Below are positions 52,420-64,000 of a stretch of 64,000 nt of DNA, one piece after another. This DNA comes from Kondoa subrosea. Taxonomy: Eukaryota. The notes beneath the pieces are model-generated. The model was given only the letters and a program-made list of their open reading frames with translations, was not told the DNA's origin and did no database searches. Made by a program: the position numbers and the translations under genes. The stretch's first letter is position 1. Each line of letters begins with the position of its first letter. The DNA lies in NCBI GenBank assembly GCA_039545335.1, contig BCIN01000001.1:2229129-2293128 (forward strand), given 5' to 3'.

Positions 52420-53659
52420 CTATTGTGAACGCTCTGCTACAGGTATCTGTCTAGATTTGATCGTTTCATGCTGTGGCTCTTTAAGTCTTGATGCCGCTTG
52501 TACTGTAAAGCGATCAAAAAACCATCAGCATATACTTGATGCTTGAGTTACCAACTCACAGATGGCTCGCTTCAATTCGACTTCACTTTGTTTTTCAAGT
52601 TCGAAGGCAGAAATCAACTTTGGTACAGCATCGGATGTCAGCAATAGATCCCGTTGAGCAGCTTCGTGTGCTGTGTTGGCTGTTTGTTCATAGATCTGAT
52701 CTAAATCGGGAGCTTCTTCCAGTTGAAGTTGACCCAGGTCTAGTAACTGCCTCAAATAGGCGCTCGCTTGCCATGCTCGCCAATGTGACCATGCACGCCT
52801 GTAAAGCACCAAGTGAGCTGGAAGGCTCGGTATTTCTGCGTTTGACAGCTTACCATAGGAAGTAGAAGAATGGCAGATTGGGAAGTACCGGTATCTAGGG
52901 CAGGACGTCAGCCAGTTTCGACCATGCGAGCTACCAATAAGACGAACTAATGCAAACGGTGCAGTCACGGGCGAAGAAAAGAGCCACCAGTACATGCGCG
53001 ACTTATGGTGCGGTTCTCGATATTCCACTTGTTGGCGCAAATAAGTGAGTAGGGCTTTCTTATCTATGATTGAAGAGGGGTAAAACATTGGCACCTGATC
53101 AATCAGGTATCAATTCTTGCTCTTGTATACACAGAAAGTAGAAAGAATCACGACACCGGGAGTCATGCCAGATTCCTCATCGAAAGCACTTGAACCCATC
53201 AAAGGCTGCTGATCCTCACTCGTCGATGCTTGTGAGAGCCGATCGCGACGACTTGACCAAAGTTGAGGAGACAGTTCTTTGTCCAAACTCTTCAAAGCCC
53301 ACTGGAGATTCAAGTTCCAAGTCAGTGGATCAGATCTGACATGATAGTTGCGCAGCATACTTCTTCAAAAGCGATGCTGTCCATCATTGACTCTCCCCGT
53401 CGCCAGATCTTATGTTTGACACTATCGACCTCTGCAGCTCCTAGCTTGTTCCATTGATTACTCGACCAGTTTGTCTGACAAGAGTGTGAGGATAGAGCGA
53501 GCAATGAAGCAGTCAGCGTACTGCCTTATTTATATAACTAATCTGTTGACTTTTCTTGAAGACGCTTGGATGTATGGCATGAAAGTAGATGAGCTGTGGA
53601 GTCTTCTGCGTTAAAGGAAGTGCTAGTATGCTTAAGGGCACTTTGCGGGATGAAGACAT
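52420..53659 (-). CDS. Mitochondrial K+/H+ exchange-related protein (Mit_KHE1 / YDL183C-like)
   Basis: WNKLG...IAFEE-WALKS, HKSRMYWWLFSSPVTAPFALVPVLPNLPFFY..WRAWSHWRA. Confidence 0.8.
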
Positions 53660-53730
53660 CAGTGAATTGATATGGTCGTCAAGATTGACCACAGCGCGTC
53701 TAGTGATGCATTTGCCAAATCTATCAAATG

Positions 53731-55203
53731 CTACCCAGCTGGTGTTACCGAGCCTGAAATCTGCCGCCGCTTGCTGAACGTAGAGAAGAGCAACTCATAG
53801 TCATCGAAGCTGTTCATCGAGAGTCTGTCAAATTCGGCAATGAAAGTAGAGGTGGTCGACTGACTCGTAGACTATCTTTGCCGTCCGCTTGTATGCGTCG
53901 TTGACGAACTTCGCCTCGTGCAAAGCTGCCAGCCCTTGTTCGCCTGTCGTTTGCACACCATCTTCTCCACCCGAGACGAACATTGTCAAGGTCCAAGTAC
54001 CGGGATTGAAAATGCGCAGCAGTCGCTGAACGACCTCTTTCACGTCCAGCCTAGTCTCACTGCTCGCAAGCCCGAATTCCATGTTGGTTTCGAATGAGGC
54101 ATACGACCATCCTGGTTCAGGTGTAACATGGATAGTTGCATAGCGATCGCTTTGCATAGTTACGTTGGCGGAATAACCGCATGGCTGGAAGCAGTATGCA
54201 TCCAAAGTGGTCTCTTGCCCTTGGGAAGAGGGCGGAAAAAGTGCTGTAATACCAGTTGAATCAGATATTCGAATGCCTGCCTCTTGACCAGCAGAAGCTA
54301 AAGAAGAGTCTTGGGAAGAAGGAAAGTAAAAGGCAGCTGCTTCGGTAGGCTCCAGGTCAGACATGAGAATTTCCAAAGTCTGATCCGGCGGGGATAGGCG
54401 ACGAATGCTTTCTTTGCTTATAGATGTGCTACTGGACGCTTCAGGCAGCAATTCGTGGAGATGTGGCGGATGACCCAGCACTGCGTCATTTGGCGTAGTC
54501 GCATACAGCAGCCAATGATCTCCGTTCATTGGCCCAACGGTGTAGCCGCTGCCGTTTTCTGATCCGTTTGTCAGCCTCAGGCGCAACGCAGCAAATTCGA
54601 ATGACTGCTCACTGAAGATGTCATCAAGTACTGCCATTTCCGCCTTCCAATCCCGGTGAGGGCCTTTCTGCATGTCGGGAAACATGAAGGTCTTTCGACT
54701 GTAGAAGGCTCGCCAGACTCCTTGCGAGAAACCAACTTGTTGAGCAAGCCGCAATATAGTTTTGATGCCGAGCAGAAGCGTTGTTGTGCCGCAAGTCTTC
54801 AGTATCAATTTATGAGGCCACACAAACATGGAGCTTTCGCTGAGAGAAGGTCTTCAGCATAATGCATAATGTGAAATTGGCACAAACCTTAGCAGATAGG
54901 CATCCACACCATGCCCTTGTATGACGCTCAAGACTTTGCAATGCACTTCATCCAGCATGGATTCCCAATTCTCTCTGGCTACACTTCTTAGGCCTTTCCT
55001 GGTCTCATGTAATGGTACCTCTTCTTCTGTATCGCTGAACCATAGTTCGAGTAGCTTCTCTGGTCCTTCAAACGGCCCGGCGGACTCATCTCTAGAAGAT
55101 ATTTGAATCCTTGTAAGGGAGTTTAAATGTACATTGAGCGCACGTACGGCGAAATATAAGACGATGCTTCTTTCACATCCGCTGAATACTTGATGCCATT
55201 CAT
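53731..55203 (-). CDS. SPE2: S-adenosylmethionine decarboxylase proenzyme
   Basis: FEGPEKLLELWF, DAYLLSESSMFV (autocleavage site), KTCGTTT, QTLEILM, FQPCGYSAN, TIHVTPE.GWSYASFETN. Confidence 0.95.
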
Positions 55204-55718
55204 CTTAACTTTGAAAACTACAGCAGTGCTGCTATTTTTTTTAAAAATTGGTTCGTTGGTTCTGGCAGTGACCAGCAAGCACAACGCAGGATCGGTTGGC
55301 TGGCAAAGGAGTCAAATTTTAGAGGTAGTAGGCAGTCATCGCTATTCGCACTTGGTGCACTGAGATGTAACGAAATCGAAGCACTTATGCTCTGACGCCA
55401 TGGTGTTGAGCAAATAGTCACACAGTCTGCTCGCAGGTAGGATCTTTGTACACCATGAGATACAGGCCTGATACTATACAGCGCTGTACATAGACTGCCC
55501 AGCTAAACGCCTGCCTTCTGTTCATGGTTGTGCAAATCTGTCACAGCAGTATTCTACATGCACTCTTTACATGTACTTTTAGCTGAGCTGTATCGCACTA
55601 CTGATATAAGAACTCACTGCTTCTCGCCTGTGGCCTTATACCCAGATCTATAGCTTCGCCAACCTTCCAGCGAAACCTTTCGGATTGCGTACCAACATCG
55701 AAGCCTCAGGGTGAACAG

Positions 55719-56315
55719 TCAGGTACAGCGCGTATCTTCGTGTGCTTCTTTGCAGTCAATGGAGCAATAGCGGGAGCCACACTTTCGACAAACATACTGA
55801 CTCCTGAATCCGCATACGGAACAGATCCTCCGGACTGGACTTGAGGGAGGTGGTGCATTTGCGGTGACGTACGAAGCGGTCTGCTGTGAGAGTCGCCCTA
55901 GTCCCTGATCATGGTGTAATAGCATAAGATTGGCCATGATCCACCAAATGAGAGAGCGCGCTCACCGATTCGTCGACTAGCAAAGTGAGGTTTTTCCTGT
56001 ACATAAGCAACACTCTGACAGCCATGCTTTGATCCGCCTTGTTCTTGCGCTTTTTCAAAGTAGCCAAAGCCAGGCTTCCTGAGTTTCCATCATCCGCAAT
56101 TTCTGAATGGAATGCTAGCGAGCCTTCGGTATGATTGTTGCGCTCAAGATCGTCCAGATATCTTTGTAGCTTTCTAGTCTCTTGCAGCGTTGTTTTGCTG
56201 TGAAGTTTGGTTTCGGTGCCTGCAATCGCCGCCCTGGTTGCTTTCGCACAGCTCAATTGTCGGTGTAGTGTCAAAGCAGACGCCGCTTACGAGCCCTACG
56301 TTTCTTTGGAGGCAT
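55719..56315 (-). CDS. VPS71: SWR1 complex subunit Vps71/Swc6 (zf-HIT)
   Basis: YLDDLERNNH, SYVTANAPP...RRICSVCG...YVCRKCGSRYCSIDCKEAHEDTRC. Confidence 0.85.
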
Positions 56316-56579
56316 CGTGGGGCAAGAACAAGGCGTTGCTCTGAAAGCTACTTGAACTGGACCATTGTTCCGTATCGATGTGGTCATGCGCCTTCAGTCA
56401 TTCGCTGTACACGCACTGTGTATACTGTGTCCGGTATTGCAAAATTGCGTCAGCATTGGATTTTGGACCGTTCAGTGACTTCTACCGTGCGCGTGTTTGG
56501 AGCTCTTTTGTCTTTGTTCTGTAGTAGCGACTCTGCAACAAGCTTCTTCGTATGGCAGAGAACAGAAATTTCTATTCCT

Positions 56580-57350
56580 ATGTCTCGGATTCAGTCTGTA
56601 AGCGACTTGTCCTCTGCGCGATGCCTGTCTCAATTCTTTCCATTCATTAGCATCTCTAGCCAGTTACTGTGCGCCTCTACTATCTCCCACCGCAGCATCA
56701 AACAATGCAGAAGCCTCGATTGTATATTCCAGCTTCCCAGGCCCAAGCCGACTCTCTAGATCTACCAGCTTCTTTTCGGGAAGCAATGCCACAGCAACAC
56801 ACCCGAAGTTGAATCGCAGTCTGGGTCCTGCTTTCGAGCGGAAACCACAAGCCAAGAAACGGCCTGCGCTCCTCACATTATCTCGCCTACAAACACAAGG
56901 TCTAGATCGTCCTCGTTCGCCTCTGCAGCCCGGACATACTGTCCCTTCCAAGCGAACTTCATATTTGCCATGTTCTGATGGCTTACCGTCGGCGACCTTC
57001 TCCCTGGCCTCTCTAGGATCCCCTTTCCAGTTCAGTGACCGCCAGCCTGTTTTATTGGCACCCACCGAAAGAGCTGGACGTGCAGGAGATGCGTATAATA
57101 GCAGGTGCTCGGGATCGTGGATGGGATGGCTCTCGTTGTCGCCAGTTGCTCAAGATGTGATTCGAGATCAAGCAAACGAGGAGGAAGATACGGAGCAGGT
57201 CTGGTGCGACGCAGAAGATGAAGAGGAGGAAAAATTTGCCGTAAGCTTGTCGTAGCTGATTTGGAAATCAGCTAACCATGCTCTCAAGTTTTTACCTCGG
57301 TCTGGTACTTCCGGTAGACTATCAGCATTACGGTAAAGCTGTAATGGAAT
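56580..57350 (+). CDS. Hypothetical protein
   Basis: 148-codon ORF with acidic end and flanking splice signals; no recognised domain. Confidence 0.3.
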
Positions 57351-57423
57351 TCTGTCTGCGTAAATAGTGTATAGAGTTTGTCTAAATGGGAAGCATGTGG
57401 CTGCATTCACGTAATAGGAGTGG

Positions 57424-59281
57424 CTAAAGGGATATGGACTTGAACACATCAACTGTTGAACGCCGAAGAGTAATCCTCAGCTTTTGCTACCTAGAAAGTG
57501 ACATGCCACTCACATCCGCTTGCAGCAGTGGAAATCACCATGCCGTCAACCTGTGGGTGCCAATGCACCTCTTTGACATCCTGCTGACCTTGATGGACAA
57601 ACAGCAATTGGGCCGGCACATCTTTGCTCTTGTCGGCTGCTGAAAGAGGTTTCTCCTCATCATCTTGTTCCACCGAAAGATCCCACAAAGTAACCTGATT
57701 ATCTGCTCCAGAGGCAACAAAGCAGCTCTCTTCGGTAGGGTGCCACTCGACTGAGGTGATCGGCTCCGTGTGCCAATTGAAAGATGCGACCGAACTTGGT
57801 ATTGCACCTCGCGAACTGTGAGTTTGAGAAATCAGCATTAAGCCAACGAAGCACAAGGGAATAACTATACTTCTTCAAATTCCGCAGATCCCATACTTTA
57901 AGACCGCCTTCATCTCCGCCCGTGACCATTAAATAAGAGGTTTTGGTGTTCCAACTCAGCACATTGACATCGCTCTCATGCGCGCGATCGACGCTTATTA
58001 CAGATTTGCGCTCTTTGACTCGGACATCCCAAACTTTCATACTACAATCTGCAGAGCATGAAGCAAAAACGGTTGGCTCTGATGGCGACCATTGTAAATC
58101 CTCGACAGAGGATGTATGCGAAGCGAAGGGAGAAGCTGACGTCGAGATTCCGGAAGGTGTCAAAGTCGAAAGGTGTATTTTAGAATGGATATCTCCAGAT
58201 AGCAGTCGTTTCGCCGAGTTGCCAATCAACGGACCCCACGCTAGGGCGAAACCTTCGGCTCGACCATGAGATCCAATTGTAAATTGTGGTACTTTGGAAA
58301 GCGAAGCTGCCATGGCTCCCGCTTCTGCAGGATAAAGCAAAGAATGGAGATGCGGTGCAATGTCGAAAATATGTACCTTGCCAGTTTCCGAAAAGCTTGC
58401 TACATGATATACGTCGGGCGGTGTAGGAGGTGCTGTTATACTATCGGACAAGAACTGCGCGCGAATGCGGTTGACACCACCAACATGCGGAATCGAGCGG
58501 AAAACCAAGGTCGCATCTTCATTTTCAGCTTCTCCGTCTGATTCTGCTTCCGATTCGTCAGAATCCGAGTCTATGCAGGCACCCTCAGCACTAGATAAGA
58601 ATCAATACGCGCATGGCACGTGCCTTCTGTAGTGTCTTTGCTTTTGGTGAGATTGTCCCACCGCATGACTACAATCTCGTTGGCATCTCGCTCCGTTTCT
58701 GCCGCTTGAGTTCCCGCTACGACACATGCAGTATGAGGTGGTTTGAGCCGATGAGAACCGCCAATCTAGCGCATGCTTGCTGAGTTCTCCCGGTGAAGAT
58801 AAGAGATATGGCCGCTTACATCGCGGAGCACGTCGAAACTGAGACAAGGCCATGCCAAGCGAGCATGGTGAAGCAGCACGTAAGATGACATATCTGGAAC
58901 CAGCTCTTCGTCATCCGCAAGTTGCTTGTCTCCTTGACCTAGCTGTGGAAGATAGGGCAGAACAACATCTTCCTCTTCATTCTCAGTATCGGCTTGACCA
59001 TTCGATCGGTCCAAATCCATCTGTCCAACTCTATCACTGGCTTCCCTGACCGCAGAAGAGTCTTGCTGAAACGAGCTTGCTTCGGCGTCGTCAGATCCTT
59101 CCTCTTCGTCCGTCACAATATACTCGCTTTCATATTCATCCTCGTAACGATCTTCCCATTCTCCAATTTCATCACCTGAACCTGCTGTATTTGCCCTAGG
59201 TCTAGAAGTCGTTGTTGTCCTGCGAACAGAGCTATTCGCTGTGTCCTCAACTGGCGAGGAGGCTCTTTTTCGTGTGGACAT
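57424..59281 (-). CDS. RRB1: Ribosome assembly WD40 protein Rrb1/GRWD1
   Basis: Acidic N-terminus, WPCLSFDVLRD, HTSSVEDLQWSPSE.TVFASCSAD, QLLFVHQGQ.DVKEVHWHPQ, FKSIS C-terminus. Confidence 0.92.
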
Positions 59282-59356
59282 GGCTTCCTGGGAAGACGTC
59301 GCAAAATAAAAATTTCAAAGCGCACTCAACTCTATACCACCGAATAATTGGGTACC

Positions 59357-61327
59357 ATGCCGCCTAAGAAAGTCGTTATAGAGAAGAAGGTTATGCTGGG
59401 CAAACCTGGCAACAATTTGTCAGTTGGAGTGGTAGGGATGCCCAATGTAGGTTTCTTACCATTATTCGCATCTTGCAAATCGAGCTTTCCTTGTTCAGGT
59501 CGGCAAAAGCTCTCTCTTTAATGTGATAGCTCAATGCGGTAGGTGAGATAGCCCCATGCAAGCTAGTTCATGCAAGCTGAAAAGTCTAGTAAGATCTTGG
59601 AAAGGTCAGATATCAATGTCGGCAGGGTGAGATACGCATGGCTGATTGATTGTATGCTTTTAGACTGCAAATTTTCCTTAGTGAGGCTCGAGCTTGGAAA
59701 TTTTCATGCGCTTTGCTGATGAATACTTTCAGCGCTACTATTGGTGATTGTTTTGGCAATCCGTCATGCGAGTCGTCCTGAATACGCTCAACAGATCCAG
59801 AAGAAGCGAGAGTTAAAGTGCCTGATGAACGCTTCGAATGGTTATGCAATCTTTACCAGCCGAAATCTCGCATTCCAGCAACTCTGACGTGCATCGACAT
59901 TGCTGGTCTTACTGCTGGTGCATCTACTGGTGCTGGTCTAGGAAATGCTTTCCTTTCTCATGTTCGAGCGGTGGATGGCATCTTCCAAGTTGTTAGAGCT
60001 TTTGATGATCCGGAGGTCATTCATGTGGAGGGCGATGTCAACCCAATTCGAGATATGGAAATCATTCAGAATGAGCTCAGATTGAAAGACATTGAATGGG
60101 TTACCAAACAACTCGAAACACTAAAGAAAGGTTTTCGCGGTACTGGTACTGCGAATCTGGCAGACAAGGCCAAGAAGGAAGAAATTGTACGTCAGAAATG
60201 TCCACATTCCCTGGAAGACGTCTTACCAGATTTACAGGACACTGTAACCAAAATTTTGGCGTGTTTGGCTGAAGACAAAAAAGACGTTCGCAAAGCTGAC
60301 TGGAGCAATAAGGAAGTAAGCCTTTTACTTCTTTTTCCTCGTTGTCCCTCTCCCTCGTATTCTTGGTGATGATAAAGAGCGGCTTCACAATACATTGAAC
60401 GCTCGAAATTTTTAACCCAGCTCGTCGAAGATTCTCTCCGGAGTTTCTGAAGAGAAGAAAATTGTATACTGAATCTTCCTTCTCGGATGACCTTTCTCTG
60501 TCTCGGTGACGGATTTGCTGATGCCTCAAACTGCGACAGATCGATATTGTCAATGGCCTCACTTTATTGACCGCCAAACCTGTCACCTATCTGGTCAATT
60601 TATCGGAGAAAGACTTTATTCGCAAGAAGAACAAGTGGCTACCAAAGATTAAAGCATGGATCGATGAGAACAATCCAGGCGATTTACTTGTTCCATTTTC
60701 TGTTGCGCTTGAAGATCGAATGCAGGGTCTCTCCGAAGAGGAACAGAAGAAGGAACTAGAAGTAGCTGGAACAACTCGTATGTTAGGCAAGATCACAACT
60801 ATCGGATATTCGAGTTTGCATCTGCATCATTGTGAGCTTTTGCTTTTATGTACTTTTTTGGTCTAGCTGAACCTTGTGTGTGTAGACTTCACCTGTGGAC
60901 CCGACGAGTGAGCATCATGCTTCCTACAAGGCACTTTTTGACCGATTTCGACAAAAGAGTTCGTGCATGGACTTTCCGCGAAGGAACGAAAGCACCCCAA
61001 GCGGCTGGAATCATTCATTCGGACTTCGAAGCTCGCTTCGTTTGCGGAGGCTTGTGCACCGCTGAATACAGCGACTCCTCGGCTGACAAGTTCTTATAGA
61101 AATCATGTCTTTTGCTGATTTGAAGGAATATGGAAGCGAAGCCGCCACAAAAGCCGCTGGAAAGCAGCAGCAGAAGGGAAAGACGTACGAGATGAACGAT
61201 GGTAAGCTAAATAACATTCCGTATAAGTTTTACTTATATATAACTTCAGGCGATATCGTGTATTGTTCGTCTACGCTGAGCATAATGAATCTGGCTAATA
61301 CCTGCGCTCTCAGGGAAGCATGGATAG
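59357..61327 (+). CDS. OLA1: Obg-like ATPase Ola1/YchF
   Basis: GVVGMPNVGKSS, NFPYATIDP (from micro-exons), DIAGLTAGASTGAGLGNAFLSHVRAVD, LLTAKP, APQAAGIIHSDF. Confidence 0.95.
60361..60455 (+). ncRNA. Putative intronic box C/D snoRNA
   Basis: Box C GTGATGA (60366-60372) and box D CTGA (60447-60450) inside an unusually long OLA1 intron; guide TTCTCTCCGGAGTT complementary to conserved 18S GAUUCCGGAGAGGG. Confidence 0.7.
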
Positions 61328-61492
61328 GCAGGACCGAGGGTATGGTAGCAGCATGTAAATTGTCTCTGGTCCGACGCATAGTGACTTTTTGGAATTTGCC
61401 TTCGGGTTTTCTTCCCTAACGTCCAAAAAAAGTCGTTGCCCTTTTTTTCTTTCCCTCCAATCAACATTACTACCCCTACAGAGGATACTAAG

Positions 61493-62578
61493 ATGGAAGC
61501 TTCTGGTGGATGGCCAGCAGAAGATCGAGCAGCCGAGCCTCGCCGCGCAAGGAGCAGATCGCCTGCTCGGGAAAGAGAAATCCGAGACTCTCGAGATGCT
61601 CCTCGTGAAGACAGAGAGCGCTCCTCGTACCGTGACGACAGGTATGCATCATCAAATAAACCAGAAACAAGCGCAATCTTAAGACAGCCCTCGCATTGTA
61701 TTCAGACCAGCTCCCTCAAGCTACCGTGGTCCCCGCAACCAACCTCCTGCTGAGAAGAACAATGTTATCGGTGTTTTCGGTTTGTCGTCAGCTTGTCTTG
61801 TCCTCAGTGTCCGCCTTTGGTTTGACATGAAACCTTTTCCTTCTTTAGTCTGCAAACTCAGGAACGTGACCTTGAAGAGGAATTTGGACGCTCTGGTCGG
61901 TATGTTGCCTGCTTTAATACTATCAGGACCGTTGCTGACCTTTTGAAATAGCGTCGAAAAGGTGCATTTATTCCTGTCTTCGCAAATTTGCATGGTCTGA
62001 AGTTTCTCTACCTAGGTGACCATCGTTTATGATCAACGGTCCCAACGCTCTCGCGGATTTGGTTTCATCGTCATGCGCGAGATTGAGGATGCCACCCGAG
62101 CCATTGCCGACATGAACGGTCAAGTGAGGTTTTTCCAATACTGGTGCAACAATTTATACTGAACCATTGTGTTCAACAGGAATTACATGGTCGCCGCATT
62201 CGTGTAGACTACTCAACCACCTCTCGACCTCATAACCCAACTCCAGGTCAGTATGTAAGCCAAATTCACAGTTTCCTGTTTCCTCTACTGCAGCTCATAG
62301 CTATGGCTTAGATGGGCTATGTTCCAGCCGGGGGCGAAGCTCCACCACCAGCTGGTCGCGATGACAGAAGACCACCCAGAGATGATTACGATAGAAGCCG
62401 TCGCGACCCGTACGAATCTAGAGGATCCCGATACGACGACAGAGACAGAGGTAGGGACAGAGATTACGACGATCGTCGAAGACGCTCTCCCAGCCCTCGC
62501 CGACGTCGTTCGCCAAGCCCAGCTGCTCGCCGCTCTCCTCCTCCTCGCGACTCATACTCTAGGGATGATCGCTATTAG
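61493..62578 (+). CDS. Transformer-2-like SR splicing factor (RRM plus RS)
   Basis: NNVIGVFGLS..T.ERDL, VYDQRSQRSRGFGFI, ELHGRRIRVDYS.T.RPH.PTPGQYMG, RS-rich tail. Confidence 0.85.
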
Positions 62579-63177
62579 ATGGGAAGCCAAGTATGCAGAA
62601 TGTCAAGGCATAGTCAAGGCATGGAAGGTTTCAAGGAGAAAAAAGAGGAAGCACGAAGGTTGCTCAAAAAAGGAATGAAACCTCGCATACCAAATCAAGT
62701 CTTTTAGTGAAATAGAATGACTTTCCGCTCTCGTCTCAGCATAGCAAGCTTCACTCAAGGCACTGCTCGAAGTGAACAGAGAGAAGCTAACAGAAGATCA
62801 GCAGCCTTTCTTGTGCTGAAGCCAAAGCCCGATTGACAAATATTCGTATCGCCGCAAGTGAAGTATTATCAAAGTCTCGATCCTTATTTATTCCCGGGAG
62901 CTGCTGCTTCTGCTAGTGCGCTCAACATCGGTAAATGCCTTGCTATTATAGACACTTGCCTCATTGTTTAACATTGTCTGAAATTGATTGCGTTGCCTTT
63001 GCCTCTGTTTCCTTGTAATCTTCTTGCCTGACTGCTGAGAGCTTCAATGCGGGATCCTGACTTCGCCTTTTGGAAAGCTCGAGACGACGTGTGAAACTTA
63101 CAAAAAATTCGTTGTCGAAAATTCCGGCCCATTTTCTATCTTTTTCTCTTTCCCTCAAGCAGTCTTCCTCTCACATT

Positions 63178-63683
63178 ATGGGGTAGGTCGCAAGTGTATA
63201 CAAGACACAGACAACACTGACGGCTGCTTTCTGCTTCAAAGTATTGATCTAGCTCACCATCACGTTAAAAAGAGGCAGCGTCAAGCGCCAGCTTCCAAGG
63301 TTTGTCCCATGAAGATCGTTCTGACCAAGAGCTGAAGTCTTTTGTATACAGGACGTGGAACTCTTGCTCCTTGTCAAGGTGAGCTTCCTCGGTACACTTT
63401 CTAGTTTCTGCTCATTCTGCTATCGCAAAAAGCTTTACCGTTTCCTGGCTCGACGGACAGACTCTCGCTTCAACAAAGTCATTCTCCGTCGTCTATTCCA
63501 GTCCAGAATCAACCGTCCACCTGTCTCTGTTTCCCGTATATCTCGAGAGCTCAAGGGAAAGAAGGACAACCCAATCGTTGTCTGCGTTGCGACCATCACT
63601 GATGACAACCGCATCGCCGATGCCGACATTCCAGAAAAGGTCACTGTTGCAGCTCTTCGCTTCACAAAGACTGCCAAAGCGAG
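63178..63683 (+). CDS. RPL18: 60S ribosomal protein eL18 (5' part; continues beyond window)
   Basis: [73 protein letters not shown]. Confidence 0.95.
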
Positions 63684-64000
63684 GTGAGGCTTTCACTCTT
63701 TGAATTTCTTCTTCTGGTTGCCTGCTTCTTCCCCAATCGGTCTGGGATTGCATGACTTTCGCGAGTTTGCAGCAGTGTTGAGCGAGTGACTGAAACCGAA
63801 AGACCAAGTGATTACAATAGCTCGATTAGCCTTTTCTGCGAAAGATGCTTTTGGAAAACTTTGAGTCTGAGGCCTTTTCAGATTGCGATACGAGTCATAC
63901 TCGGTAGCTCCCAGAGTCGGCTTCATCGACGATTACAAGCTTACCGCTTGGAAAGTCTGTCAACTGGTCTCATGCTTCGTGCATTTCCGTCAACCGAAGA

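Noticed and set aside
55345..55405. Possible regulatory uORF (MASEHKCFDFVTSQCTKCE) upstream of SPE2
   Set aside because: No evidence it lies within the transcript and no similarity to known AdoMetDC uORFs that I can recognise.
62790..63158. Small minus-strand gene, faintly Slx9-like
   Set aside because: Could not assemble a stop-free spliced frame with confidence.

Overview
Eukaryotic fungal DNA, most likely a basidiomycete yeast (dense ~50-60 nt spliceosomal introns, micro-exons, very short intergenic gaps). Two gene-dense arms (1-20.4 kb and 34-64 kb) carry housekeeping genes: C9orf78/Tls1-like, TAF8-like, PHO13-like, tandem GNAT, bHLH, PI31, SDHAF3, SEC18/NSF, MDH, P450, pantothenate kinase, Hal4/Sat4-like kinase, IPI1, polyubiquitin, SamB/Mub1, Ulp2-like protease, Mit_KHE1, SPE2, Vps71, RRB1, OLA1, Tra2-like and RPL18. 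They flank a ~13 kb island with no intact gene I can recognise, made of nested LTR relics, Gypsy-like gag and Copia pol remnants, and a P450 pseudogene. Most striking observation: in the polyubiquitin gene the intron after repeat 2 has a GA instead of GT donor, and read-through turns that ubiquitin into a GG-less protein ending [11 protein letters not shown], a Ras-like CaaX tail. All calls are by eye from motif recognition; no database searches were run, and exon boundaries and gene ends are approximate.
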